IMG/VR virus record: IMGVR_UViG_3300021138_000034
Span: 1-55,124 of that record
DNA from: a virus
Taxonomy: Duplodnaviria; Caudoviricetes
Direction: 5' to 3' (one strand)
DNA: 55,124 bases
The notes beneath the pieces were generated by a model. It did not search any database. It saw only the letters and a program-made list of their open reading frames with translations, and had not been told where the DNA came from. Shown piece by piece: positions 9,401 to 17,274 of the stretch; position 1 is the first letter of the stretch, and every line of letters begins with the position of its first letter. The position numbers and the translations under genes are program-made.

Positions 9401-9457
9401 AAGTGTGATTCGTTTTGAGTATCCAGATAGTGCTGCGAATGTGCGCAGATTACTAAT
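6443..9457 (-). CDS. Large exported PA14-domain protein with coiled-coil and Pro-rich stalks and a C-terminal hydrophobic segment; probable non-canonical ATT start
   Basis: PA14 motifs (INANWGSGS, SDDGFKLYIN, WYYENGGGA); frame extends 28 codons upstream of the called TTG to give a signal peptide ending AHA; GGGGGAG lies 6 nt before ATT 9457. Confidence 0.8.
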   Translation of the reverse strand: MSNLRTFAALSGYSKRITLILGAGAAGALLSMSPAHADESSAPVSQDTLNTQQQTTDPSTLQVAQPLEASVSSPSVSSTTDGTSGSQLSPSFTPTPVPSVVEPTPSQVSGTTESTTSPSTSTSSLESNQPPVAPVVQTQDPQQPPIDSQSAVSQLNALSSQVTVDGSTVTSAIDSANTTLFGKIGSNDPEAVAAVVALPGVQDAVTYVNQAVQASDQANQDATAAIAAASSTANSLQPALDAQSVAQSSVDSATVAAADKTVALDVAQAATVTAQTSADAAAQAVTNQTVVVTQDVTNVASAQSSSDSANAVVSSSQATVTSDQAAVDAQTPVVSDAQSTVAADQTALATAQANNSATQGLTYKAYNTGNGSSPALPTSSMTPATQGTVSQINANWGSGSVMGANADHVVVQYTGTVTAPTPQVVYFRSYSDDGFKLYINNILVINQWRDQGPTYSGAGSVNFTQQQTQDILAWYYENGGGAVSQLQWNVGNGWVPVPTSAFNTVGSNAAQVQNLTQVLSSDTQNLTTQTQNLTVLQQNLTTDTQNLTTAQQAAADAAQALADAQTNLTTDQATLTQLQAASDAANAAVQSAQATQAQAQSDLDSAKADLQSARDAASQATSTVNSIQTTLVSQISVASALVDTATATAATAVQTIQTSTDAVVAAIDLKAQQDAAAKAAADAAAAAQAAAALAAQQAQAQQSQSSSASTPSPSDSQTSALPSPASPSEPQAPAASPSGTDEAQPQPQPQPSDPQPAPAPTPDPAVPSPDPSTSSNAQGAPDPSTSPSQSDQQQTPTTPSAPSDQGSTTQVTPSPAPVPPSTPPVQPQPDPAPSPSIPSEAPAPGLIQDSPNSLSDTTPKEAPASVLVPHVQVDQAGVENGGIQFFGTKSAPQVVGEDGKLTPPAPPPGSGLPIPPDAITTSATFIGQPGGTTFNAPDIAVPVALTPVTGALASVPGVQAVNQAFVAMANIGNDMSPITRKKAKKILVITFVAGQIARFRRRNG

Positions 9458-9508
9458 CTTTGTCTCCCCCTAAGAGCAATTACTCTTTATTTTACGGGAG
9501 TACTTCAA

Positions 9509-9706
9509 TTATGGCTGGATAAAGCCATTCGGATCATAGATGGTTACAGCTTTAACTTGAAACTGTGACGATTTCTCTTTTGCATGATGTCCGCAAAACA
9601 TAAGTTCACCTGTAAGAAAGGTAACAATAACCTGAGCAGCTGCGCTGCAAGAGTCGCAACGATCAGTTGCTAGTAGTTCCCTGCTTTCAAGCGTTGTTGC
9701 GGTCAT
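9509..9706 (-). CDS. Conserved actinobacterial small Zn-binding protein (DRCDxC...FCGHH family)
   Basis: DRCDSCSAAAQV...GELMFCGHHA motif. Confidence 0.8.
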   Translation of the reverse strand: MTATTLESRELLATDRCDSCSAAAQVIVTFLTGELMFCGHHAKEKSSQFQVKAVTIYDPNGFIQP

Positions 9707-9954
9707 TACATGCTCCCACCACTCGTCGCGCCGCTACCTGCGGCTGCGCCTCCATCAGATGACCCAGCAGTTGATGCACCTTCTGCAGCTTCTGCTGTTG
9801 CGGTTTCCTGAGATTCTTGCGAAGAATTTACCTCATTAGGACCATTATTACCTAATCCATACGCCGGAGTCGTAGTTAAACCAACTCCACCGACCATTAA
9901 ATAATTCCCGCCGTACATACCATAGCCAAGCTGTGGGTGCTTTTTTCTTTTCAT
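9706..9954 (-). CDS. Hypothetical Gly/Ala-rich protein
   Basis: ORF track; overlapping start/stop with neighbours. Confidence 0.65.
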   Translation of the reverse strand: MKRKKHPQLGYGMYGGNYLMVGGVGLTTTPAYGLGNNGPNEVNSSQESQETATAEAAEGASTAGSSDGGAAAGSGATSGGSM

Positions 9955-10394
9955 GCTTTTTCCGCCTTTACGCCTTCGTGTCTAAACATCTTACGATTTT
10001 TATTTTTATCGTCGTATGCTTTTTTTACGTTGTACTTAGGCGCAATTTCTTTTTCAAACTCGCGCTTTTTAACATTTTTATCTTTTTCTTTAACATCTCC
10101 GCGTGGACGCATGTGAACAGACGCAGCGTGGACATGATGTTTCTTTAGCCAATCATCTGTCTCTTTGCGGTATGAGGCTGACCGGGCAGTCATGATTACT
10201 ACATCTTCGCCCTTTTTCTCAGCTTTCTTAAGCTTCTTCATGTTCTTGTGAATTACTGGGGCTTCTTCTGCCTCTTTAGCAAATCCTTCATGGCGATGCT
10301 TGTGGTGCTTTTTGTACTTTTTGACATTAGCAAGGGTGCCATCAAGGTCAAAAACAACAGCTTTATGCTTCTTGCTCAAGATGCTTCTCCTCAC
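9951..10394 (-). CDS. HAD-family phosphatase (PNKP phosphatase-like), very basic
   Basis: FDLDGTL motif I, MTAR motif II, MRPRGD, AYDD motif IV. Confidence 0.85.
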   Translation of the reverse strand: MRRSILSKKHKAVVFDLDGTLANVKKYKKHHKHRHEGFAKEAEEAPVIHKNMKKLKKAEKKGEDVVIMTARSASYRKETDDWLKKHHVHAASVHMRPRGDVKEKDKNVKKREFEKEIAPKYNVKKAYDDKNKNRKMFRHEGVKAEKA

Positions 10395-10459
10395 ATGATC
10401 TAGCTAAACTGGTAACAACATACGACTTGCCGCACAGCTCACAAGTCCAAGGGTCTTTT

Positions 10460-10750
10460 CTACTTTTCGTTTTCTTTCTTCCCTGCTCGGCGCTTATTTT
10501 CCTTGGCAGTATTCTTGCCATGTTTTAAAGCTCGCAGGTTGCCTTTAGAGTCATTGCTGTGATTGTTGTCTTTATGGTCTACATCTGTGCCACGAGGAAG
10601 TTTGCCGTTTTTTGATTCATAATCAGCACGAGCTTTGTTCTTGGAAGTGGTTACCCACTTACCTCCAACCTTCTTCTTGTAAACATAAATAGGGCGTCCG
10701 CCATTAGCGTCAGAGCCCTTGTATGGGCCAAACTTCTTAGTCTCTGACAT
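10460..10750 (-). CDS. HNH-motif protein
   Basis: DVDHKDNNHSNDSKGNL HNH-like motif. Confidence 0.75.
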   Translation of the reverse strand: MSETKKFGPYKGSDANGGRPIYVYKKKVGGKWVTTSKNKARADYESKNGKLPRGTDVDHKDNNHSNDSKGNLRALKHGKNTAKENKRRAGKKENEK

Positions 10751-10851
10751 TATTTTTTAGCCTTCTTCTCTGGAACACAGTTGGGAACTTGCTTGCCATC
10801 TTTTTCTTTCATACCGAACTGTCGGTAGTTTGCCCAACATGGGGAAGCCAT
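10750..10851 (-). CDS. Small conserved phage peptide (CW..Y...G.K.K.GK.VPNCV)
   Basis: MASPCWANYRQFGMKEKDGKQVPNCVPEKKAKK; start/stop overlaps on both sides. Confidence 0.7.
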   Translation of the reverse strand: MASPCWANYRQFGMKEKDGKQVPNCVPEKKAKK

Positions 10852-11108
10852 TAGCAATCCCACTTTCTTAATGATAGAGCCTTACGGGTTGGTTTACCGT
10901 TCTTTTCCATAGGACCAGGCATGCCACCCATACGCGCACAGAACGACTTACGACGAGCTGCAGCTTTAGGGGACTTCTTTGCCTGCTTTGAAGATACCGG
11001 TGGCTTTAGGTTGTGACCTTCTGCTTTAGCAGACGCACGGCCCTTGGCGTTTAGTCCGCCTTCAGGGTTCTTACCTTCTTTACGTTGCCAGGCTGGTGAT
11101 TTAGCCAT
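10851..11108 (-). CDS. Conserved basic phage protein (AWQRKEGKNP.GGLN...RRKSFCARM...W.C family)
   Basis: Recognisable widespread phage family motif. Confidence 0.85.
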   Translation of the reverse strand: MAKSPAWQRKEGKNPEGGLNAKGRASAKAEGHNLKPPVSSKQAKKSPKAAARRKSFCARMGGMPGPMEKNGKPTRKALSLRKWDC

Positions 11109-11373
11109 TTCTTTCCAACTCTCTGATTACGCACACACAAGGACATGTGTCTTGATCGCAAACTCCGTGGTCTAGCTTATGGTTGCACTTTGGGCAAATC
11201 TTTTCCCATTCGCTCATATTGACCACCATTCACCGCTTTTGGCGTTAGGGTTGGCTAATTTCCACTCCCTATACAGCCTATTTTCTGTATCCCAGTCTAT
11301 CCAATGAGTGGGTTTACCACAGTCGGGACAGGTTCCAGGACCAACATTTTCTGTAACATGCCGGCAAAGACTA

Positions 11374-11550
11374 TTATCCATTTTCCTTATGCCAGTCTTT
11401 TACGGCGTCTTCTGCTGCTTTTAAGCTGTGTACATTTGGCAAAGTGTAAGTGCCATCACCATTTGGGTGGTGAACTTTAAACTTACCGTCGTGCTCGTCG
11501 ACAACGTGAGTTTCGCCATCTACTTTGAACTGAAGTTTGTTAGGTTTCAT
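11374..11550 (-). CDS. Small protein with MKPNKLQF N-terminus (58 aa)
   Basis: Manual translation; ATGA overlap with upstream gene. Confidence 0.7.
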   Translation of the reverse strand: MKPNKLQFKVDGETHVVDEHDGKFKVHHPNGDGTYTLPNVHSLKAAEDAVKDWHKENG

Positions 11551-11777
11551 CCGTTGTAATCCCTCTGCGCTCTCAAGAATTGATTTGACCCACGTGTGCG
11601 GATAATTCCTTCATCACTAATTTTAGCGCGCTTAGGTTCTTCTGAATAAGCGCAACCCATAGCATCTGGATGAAAAGTCATGGCTTTTCCTGTAGTAGTG
11701 CGAACTGTGTGAGCCGGGCCTTTAATTGGCTTTCCGCAGCTTCCGCACAGATTTAGTTGAGAACCTTTAGCCTTCAT
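11547..11777 (-). CDS. Small Zn-finger-like protein
   Basis: CGSCGKPI...FH...C. Confidence 0.65.
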   Translation of the reverse strand: MKAKGSQLNLCGSCGKPIKGPAHTVRTTTGKAMTFHPDAMGCAYSEEPKRAKISDEGIIRTRGSNQFLRAQRDYNG

Positions 11778-11859
11778 AGTGGAAGTTCCAAAGCGGCATC
11801 CACGGCATCATCAATATTGTAAGTGGGTTCATGATCACACCTACCGCACTGCAAGCACA

Positions 11860-12108
11860 TTACTTTTCCCTTCTTGGGGCTTTCTTAATTACGTCTGAAG
11901 CTGCTGGTGAGGCAGAGTAGCGTCCATATGCTCCTCTACGACCATTAAAGATTCCAGGAGTGTTCATGCGAAGAGATGAAGCAACTTGTGCAGTCTTCTT
12001 CTTTTTAACTGGTTTTCCTTTTGGCAAGTCTTGAGAGACTGCCTCTTTGCCTAAAGCGCGTTCAGCTTTAGTTCTGCCAGTAGCCGGGTTGTATGCTGGC
12101 TTCTTCAT
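11860..12108 (-). CDS. Small basic hypothetical protein
   Basis: ORF track; coupled to neighbours. Confidence 0.65.
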   Translation of the reverse strand: MKKPAYNPATGRTKAERALGKEAVSQDLPKGKPVKKKKTAQVASSLRMNTPGIFNGRRGAYGRYSASPAASDVIKKAPRREK

Positions 12109-12314
12109 TAGCGCTTTTTCTTTTTGCTGTAGTACTCGCGCAAAGACTTACCTGGAAGCCTAACAATCTTCTCTTTATTGTAATTAGGCATATTTGGAAC
12201 GTAATTCATAGCCTGATGTTTCATAGGCTCGTCGCCAGGTGTGCGATACTCAGAGTACTCTGGACGATCATCATCTGTGGATTCAGTAAAGAACTGGCCT
12301 GATGTGGGTTTCAT
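12108..12314 (-). CDS. Small hypothetical protein (MKPTSGQF N-terminus)
   Basis: ORF track; coupled to neighbours. Confidence 0.65.
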   Translation of the reverse strand: MKPTSGQFFTESTDDDRPEYSEYRTPGDEPMKHQAMNYVPNMPNYNKEKIVRLPGKSLREYYSKKKKR

Positions 12315-12508
12315 AGGTACTCCGGATTAGGAAATGGGTTGCCTGGTTCGTATTCTGTATTGCCTTTAGCAATACTATCAGTCTCTTTATCAAGAATGGT
12401 GTTTGGATTAGCCTGCATATAAGGCTTGAGTTTTTTATAAGCTCTGTGCTTATTGATGTCAGTTACAGACTGCTCACCAGGTTTTAATTGGTTTTTCTTA
12501 GGAAGCAT
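12311..12508 (-). CDS. Small hypothetical protein
   Basis: ORF track; ATGA overlap. Confidence 0.65.
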   Translation of the reverse strand: MLPKKNQLKPGEQSVTDINKHRAYKKLKPYMQANPNTILDKETDSIAKGNTEYEPGNPFPNPEYL

Positions 12509-12516
12509 AGCAAGGC

Positions 12517-13122
12517 CTACTCTTCCTTAGCTTTTCCTTTAAACTGCTGACCTTCAGATTGAGACTTATCTCCGTGAGCTGGTTTACCCTGACTACGGTT
12601 TAAGCTCTCTTGTTTAAATCCTGGTTTTCTAATTCCCCAGCTTACGTAGTCGGCGCGAGCACTTCCGCGCTTAGGGCGCTCTGACTGCCATTTACGAACA
12701 TCAGTAGCTGGTTGCCAATCAGTTTCACGTTCTAGCTTAGAAACTCCACGATAAGAGCGGGCAGCTTGGCGCTCGCGATTAACGTTGCTCTCAGACCACT
12801 GACCCATAGTTCTAGTGTTCTTCTCACCGCGTCCTGGCATACGAGACTTGTGAACATTGCTGGTCATCTGTTCTGCAATGTGCATTTGTGATTCTGGGGT
12901 GTTGGCGGTATTGCCCAAGCGATCAGGGGTTGAGACGCGCTTAGAGAAGCTCTCCGCGCTTACTCCACCTTTAGCAGCGTGAGAAGATGCGGACTCGTGC
13001 ACCTTGAAAGGTTTTGCCTTACCGGAAGCTTTCTTAGGCTTCTGGGCAGCTACAGCTTTCTTGGTGGCTCTTTTAGCAGCGGACTCCGCGCTAGTGACCT
13101 TGGGTTTAGATGACTTTGCCAT
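12517..13122 (-). CDS. Basic disordered protein (201 aa)
   Basis: ORF track; Lys/Arg/Ser-rich. Confidence 0.7.
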   Translation of the reverse strand: MAKSSKPKVTSAESAAKRATKKAVAAQKPKKASGKAKPFKVHESASSHAAKGGVSAESFSKRVSTPDRLGNTANTPESQMHIAEQMTSNVHKSRMPGRGEKNTRTMGQWSESNVNRERQAARSYRGVSKLERETDWQPATDVRKWQSERPKRGSARADYVSWGIRKPGFKQESLNRSQGKPAHGDKSQSEGQQFKGKAKEE

Positions 13123-13139
13123 AGTGTTAGTTTCTCAGA

Positions 13140-13367
13140 CTATTGGCTTTGGCGAATGTTAAATTCCAAATGAGCCTCATTTAAGAGGGGGGAAATCAGC
13201 TTACGGCTGGCGCTCAGATGCTTTTGGAGGAAGTGGTCGACGATTATCTGCTCGTCATGCAGAGCAGGAAGGCAGCCGTTGTTGTAGTCAAGCTTTATGA
13301 CACGGCAAAGTCGACCTATGTGGTCTTCGCGTTCGCCCTGTTCCAGGAGCCACACCATGAATAGCAT
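13140..13367 (-). CDS. Possible YozE/SAM-like domain protein
   Basis: F..WL..Q..R.D.IG.L.....D pattern. Confidence 0.5.
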   Translation of the reverse strand: MLFMVWLLEQGEREDHIGRLCRVIKLDYNNGCLPALHDEQIIVDHFLQKHLSASRKLISPLLNEAHLEFNIRQSQ

Positions 13368-13382
13368 GGCATAAAGTATGGA

Positions 13383-13787
13383 CTACTCGTCTTCCTCAGG
13401 TGGTACAAACTCGCTTAGAGGGGTGCGTTCTACATCAATACCTGTGATGCCCTCGATTGGAGTCGAGTGAACCACAAGGGTTAGCTGAACCCTGTCTTCT
13501 TGGGCATATTTCTCTAGGTGGTCTTCCATGTTAATGATCTCGGGGTCGTCTATGGACTCATATTTGTAGTAGCCCTCTTCGGCACGTTCCCAGCGATAAC
13601 CGCAGCAATCGCAGTCAACGTCCACCAATTCGCCGGTTTCTTCATCCAAGTCTTTGCCATCGAAGTAGATGTCCTGCAGAGCAAGCTCATTAGCCTGCTC
13701 TGCGGAATCTGCCTCTACGATGTAAATAATGGCGGGGCCAGTGAAGGTGCCTCCGGTGTTATTTTGACGGTAGAGATAAAAACTCAC
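13383..13787 (-). CDS. Conserved acidic phage protein (QNN.GG / DC.CCG.RW family)
   Basis: FYLYRQNNTGG and DCDCCGYRW motifs. Confidence 0.8.
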   Translation of the reverse strand: MSFYLYRQNNTGGTFTGPAIIYIVEADSAEQANELALQDIYFDGKDLDEETGELVDVDCDCCGYRWERAEEGYYKYESIDDPEIINMEDHLEKYAQEDRVQLTLVVHSTPIEGITGIDVERTPLSEFVPPEEDE

Positions 13788-14176
13788 TTCTTTTTAGCCT
13801 TCTTCTTATCAGTCTTCCATTTAGCTACAACAGGCTTCTTCTTTGCAGGAGCCTTCTTAGCAACCTTCTTGACGACCTTCTTAGCTGCTTTTTTAGCAGC
13901 AGACTTCTTAGCAGCCTTCTTGACCTTCTTTTTTTCCTTTGGAGCATGCTCACAGAAAGTCATGTGGTTAAGAACCTGAATCTTCCAGCTCATGCTGGTG
14001 AAAGAACCAGTATATGGAGAATGGATCTCTACACCGAAGTCGCAGCCATCATGTGGGCACTCCAACATCGCGTAGTCTTTGCGGTCCCAAAACTTCCAAG
14101 AAGGGGACTTTCGGTACCAACCCTTTTCTTCGCGCTTACTCGGATACTTCTTCTGTTCCATTGTCATGCCCTTCAT
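13784..14176 (-). CDS. Zn-finger-like protein with histone-like Lys/Ala-rich tail
   Basis: C-x4-C...H-x3-C then KKAAKK/PAKK repeats. Confidence 0.7.
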   Translation of the reverse strand: MKGMTMEQKKYPSKREEKGWYRKSPSWKFWDRKDYAMLECPHDGCDFGVEIHSPYTGSFTSMSWKIQVLNHMTFCEHAPKEKKKVKKAAKKSAAKKAAKKVVKKVAKKAPAKKKPVVAKWKTDKKKAKKK

Positions 14177-14384
14177 CTAAGTGTTCGGTGTCGTAAGTAA
14201 TCCTAAAGATATCTGAGTAAGAACTACGATAATGGGGAGGAGAAAAGTCTATATGACCAAATCCTCTATTAGGCTCTACTGGTGGAAGATTTGAAAGATA
14301 TTTTTGATACGCATTCCAAGCTCGCCAAGCAATAAAGAGAATTAAAAGCAGAAACAGCTGAAAACCTAATCCCATTAGCAGCAC
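14136..14384 (-). CDS. Small single-TM membrane protein
   Basis: N-terminal hydrophobic helix. Confidence 0.55.
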   Translation of the reverse strand: MLLMGLGFQLFLLLILFIAWRAWNAYQKYLSNLPPVEPNRGFGHIDFSPPHYRSSYSDIFRITYDTEHLDEGHDNGTEEVSE

Positions 14385-14728
14385 CTATCCACGTGTTTAG
14401 CCGACCAGTCATGTAACCACTCCCAAAACTTCTCATTAATTCGCTTCCGCCGGGGGGTTAGCTTTACACCATTGATCTCGCCACCAAAGATTGAGTACCC
14501 GCCCATTGCCGTTTCACGACCGAAATCGAGCGGTACACCCAGAGTAATAACATGAGGCTCTTCGGTAGGCAGCTGAGGGTCTGGCGCTCCGTGACTTAGG
14601 ATTCGGTTCATCCTGGAACCGCACTCTCCGCAGTAGCCGTGGACCATCCTTCGACCGGTATCGCTGGTCTTAGTCCAGGCGCTAAGCATATCCCTGCGGA
14701 CTTTGCATTTAATACAGTAGGCATCCAT
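14375..14728 (-). CDS. Zn-ribbon protein (DUF5679-like)
   Basis: AYCIKCK...GRRMVHGYCGECGSRMNRI; start taken at ATG 14728. Confidence 0.7.
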   Translation of the reverse strand: MDAYCIKCKVRRDMLSAWTKTSDTGRRMVHGYCGECGSRMNRILSHGAPDPQLPTEEPHVITLGVPLDFGRETAMGGYSIFGGEINGVKLTPRRKRINEKFWEWLHDWSAKHVDRCC

Positions 14729-14742
14729 CGCACCTTCGTGTG

Positions 14743-14961
14743 TCACTTTAGCCCCTTCTTTATAGCTTTGATAGTGGGGCAAGGATATTTGGTAGGGCAC
14801 TCTACGCAGCAGGTTCCAGTTTTTGTTTTGTAAGGCTTATGTAATTCCACTACTGCACGGAGGGCAGCGACTGTTACTCCTACAACGCTGCAACTTTGGT
14901 CAAGTTCATCTAAATTTGCCAGCAGCTCTTCGTGTTTCACTCGCACTCCTCCTTTAGCCAT
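14743..14961 (-). CDS. Conserved phage protein (ALRAVVELHKP...C..C...YPCPTI family)
   Basis: Motif typical of actinophage small proteins; true start probably the internal GTG. Confidence 0.7.
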   Translation of the reverse strand: MAKGGVRVKHEELLANLDELDQSCSVVGVTVAALRAVVELHKPYKTKTGTCCVECPTKYPCPTIKAIKKGLK

Positions 14962-15113
14962 TGGTGCAGGTATACACCGAATTCGCCAAGTTCCATTCTT
15001 GTCTCTATGGAGTTCTCTTCGAGAAATTCAAAGAAGTCATCATCCATGACGACGACCGGTAGGCCGAAGAAAGTTACATCCGAGATGTGCTCAAGTTGTT
15101 CCATGAAAGCACC

Positions 15114-15578
15114 TTATAACTTTGTCCGAAGGATTACAACGGCTGATGGGAACGGCGCTGCATTCTTCTGATCTCCAAATTTCAATCGACCGCGGATGAA
15201 GCGAATATCGTGATGGATGCAGGATTCATGCCACCACCTGGTATCAGTCCTAGCAGGTACCAAAGCGACTACTGTAGAGCCTCTAGAGGCCTCCAAATCA
15301 GCTTTGGCCATCCAATCCTTGATTGTCTTGCCATAGGGCGGATTTAGCCAGATAGTGCCTCCAGCGGCATCCTCGGTCCAATTTCGTGTAAATGCGTCTC
15401 GCATAGTGGGATCAGGATGGTCAGGTCCATACCAGTTCTGGCAGAGAGCTGATGAAGCTAGAGCAGCTGCATCGAGGACAAAATCGAACTCATCATCTAG
15501 CTTGGCGAAGAATGCCTTCGGCGTGGTCCAGGTGTCATCCTCGGAGGACTTGAAAGCTTCTTCTGAATAAAATCCCAT
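15114..15578 (-). CDS. Phage DNA N6-adenine methyltransferase (Dam family)
   Basis: W.TP, F.LDAAA, NPPY catalytic motif, LVPARTDTRWWH; leaderless TAGGCT-N6-ATG. Confidence 0.92.
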   Translation of the reverse strand: MGFYSEEAFKSSEDDTWTTPKAFFAKLDDEFDFVLDAAALASSALCQNWYGPDHPDPTMRDAFTRNWTEDAAGGTIWLNPPYGKTIKDWMAKADLEASRGSTVVALVPARTDTRWWHESCIHHDIRFIRGRLKFGDQKNAAPFPSAVVILRTKL

Positions 15579-15596
15579 GCCGGTAGCCTATCACCA

Positions 15597-15698
15597 TGAC
15601 ACTTCTATACTCATTTGCGTATAGAAGTGTCAATGTATAGAAAAGGTAACCTTTGGGTACCTTTGGGTACCTTTAGCTAATTCCAGCGCGACACGCCG
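15597..15698. promoter_or_regulatory. Divergent control region: perfect 14-bp inverted repeat, three 10-bp-phased direct repeats, CGACACGCCG box
   Basis: TGACACTTCTATAC-N8-GTATAGAAGTGTCA (15597-15632); ACCTTT at 15649/15659/15669; CGACACGCCG 15689-15698. Confidence 0.7.
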
Positions 15699-15757
15699 TC
15701 TGACCTGGGGTTATGCCTGCAAACAATGTGCGCTTACTTTGGTGTACTATTTCTGCC

Positions 15758-15925
15758 ATGCCTACATATGACTTCACCTGCATCGGTTGTGATCTGACTG
15801 TCGAACGCTACTTTACGTTCCATGAAGAGCGCCGAGTTGAGTGCGATCAATGTGGGAATCAAATGCTCAAGTCGCTTACCGCTACACCTGCACATTTCAA
15901 AGGTGGCGGATGGGGTGGCCAGTAG
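15758..15925 (+). CDS. FmdB-family zinc-ribbon protein
   Basis: MPTYDFTC..C...C..CG..M.K...FKGGGW; TACTAT-N7-ATG. Confidence 0.88.
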   Translation: MPTYDFTCIGCDLTVERYFTFHEERRVECDQCGNQMLKSLTATPAHFKGGGWGGQ

Positions 15926-16062
15926 GCTACTGCTTAGCGCCGTATACCTTCAAAAAATTTTGATGCCCCCCGGCTGGGCTACTGTATAAGCCGTTATAGT
16001 CAAATCTTGCGCCGATTACCTGGAGGCCTTTGTAGATTTGTCGACATTTAACCGTGGGGGCT

Positions 16063-16078
16063 TCGAACATCTGTTCGA
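16063..16078. promoter_or_regulatory. LexA (SOS) box upstream of ardC
   Basis: TCGAAC-ATCT-GTTCGA matches the actinobacterial consensus TCGAAC-N4-GTTCGA. Confidence 0.8.
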
Positions 16079-16202
16079 GAGTGAGGGCGCTGGATTGTTA
16101 TCTAATCGTTATAAATCTACGCTCGCGCCTATTCGACACGGTGGGGGCGCTCGTGTACCTTGGACTTATAAGCGCAAAGGTTGCGCAAAGTTAGGGGTAA
16201 CT

Positions 16203-17075
16203 ATGAACCGCAGTGAAATCGAATCTCTAGTGACCAGCATGGTCACGGCACAATTACGCGAGGGGCGCGTCCCATGGCGTAAGACTTGGGCAAGCAAGGT
16301 CGGTCGACCAACCAACCTAGCCACCCGCCACCAGTACACGGGCGTTAATTGGCTCGTACTCTCTATGCAGGATGTCCCATCCCAACTATGGGTCACCTAT
16401 AAGCAAGCCCAAGCCCTAGGCGGTCAAGTCCGCAAGGGTAGCAAGGGTATCCACTGCATCAAGTACGGCACGATTGACACGGGCAAGGTCGACGCAAAGG
16501 GCAAGCCTATCCTCCGCCCATTCTTGAAGGCGTTCACCGTATTTAATGTCTCGCAGTGCGACGGGTTGACCATTCCCGCCGACTTGGTACCAGTCAAGCG
16601 CGAGACTGAGATATTGCCAGCGGTTGAGACTATGCTCGCCAACTATGCCAACCGCCCAACCGTTTACCATGGCGACTACGCAACCCCTCACTATAAGCCA
16701 ACCGAGGACACTATCCATATGCCCGAGGCTGGTCTATTCGATAGCGTCGAGGAGTACGCGACCGCGCTCGCTCATGAGATGACCCACTCGACTGGTCACC
16801 AGTCACGCGAGAATCGCGACATCATGAACCGATTCGGTTGCGAGGGATACGCCAAGGAGGAGCTAGTAGCCGAGATGGGTGCAGCCATGATGATGGTCGA
16901 GTATGGAATCGACATCGACCTCCCTAACACTGCCAGCTATCTCGCCAGCTGGTTGAAGGCTTTGAATGATGACCCAAGCCTCCTAGTTACCGCAAGTGCC
17001 AAGGCTCAGAAGGCAGTCGACCGAATGACTGGTAAGAAGGCAGTCGTCGAGGTCGAGGAGGAGGTGAGCGCCTAA
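16203..17075 (+). CDS. ardC: ArdC-family antirestriction protein (ssDNA-binding domain plus zincin-like domain)
   Basis: QLREGRVPWRKTW, YTGVN, WVTYKQAQALGGQVRKG, VFNVSQCDGL, HEMTHSTGH, YAKEELVAEMGA; start at ATG 16203 after AGGGG RBS. Confidence 0.95.
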   Translation: MNRSEIESLVTSMVTAQLREGRVPWRKTWASKVGRPTNLATRHQYTGVNWLVLSMQDVPSQLWVTYKQAQALGGQVRKGSKGIHCIKYGTIDTGKVDAKGKPILRPFLKAFTVFNVSQCDGLTIPADLVPVKRETEILPAVETMLANYANRPTVYHGDYATPHYKPTEDTIHMPEAGLFDSVEEYATALAHEMTHSTGHQSRENRDIMNRFGCEGYAKEELVAEMGAAMMMVEYGIDIDLPNTASYLASWLKALNDDPSLLVTASAKAQKAVDRMTGKKAVVEVEEEVSA

Positions 17076-17090
17076 GAGGTAAGGCGTCGA

Positions 17091-17110
17091 GCGGGGGAGC
17101 GATCCCCCGC
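17091..17110 (+). terminator. GC hairpin after ardC (no U-tract)
   Basis: GCGGGGGA-GCGA-TCCCCCGC. Confidence 0.6.
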
Positions 17111-17114
17111 GAGA

Positions 17115-17233
17115 TGTTTGTGTTGGTGCCCACCCTCCCAGCATTAAAGGAATGGAATGGAGAGATTATAACGAAATCGTTATAAAACTCTCGGCGTGTC
17201 GCTATTGGTGCTGTCGTAGGTAGGCGGTATTGT
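17115..17233 (+). repeat. Intergenic cassette element copy 1 (with promoter)
   Basis: TGTTTGTGTT, stem GGTGC/GCATT with loop CCACCCTCCCA, GGAAT, GAGAGA, TTATAACGAAATCGTTATAA, CGGCGTGTCG, TGTCGTAG-N8-TATTGT. Confidence 0.9.
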
Positions 17234-17274
17234 TCTCGGTGTTGGCAGATAGCCAGCAGATTAGGGGTAATCAA

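Noticed and set aside
16038-16202. N-terminal 55-aa extension of ArdC given in the ORF track
   Set aside because: It overlaps the SOS box and promoter; the RBS and family homology begin at ATG 16203.
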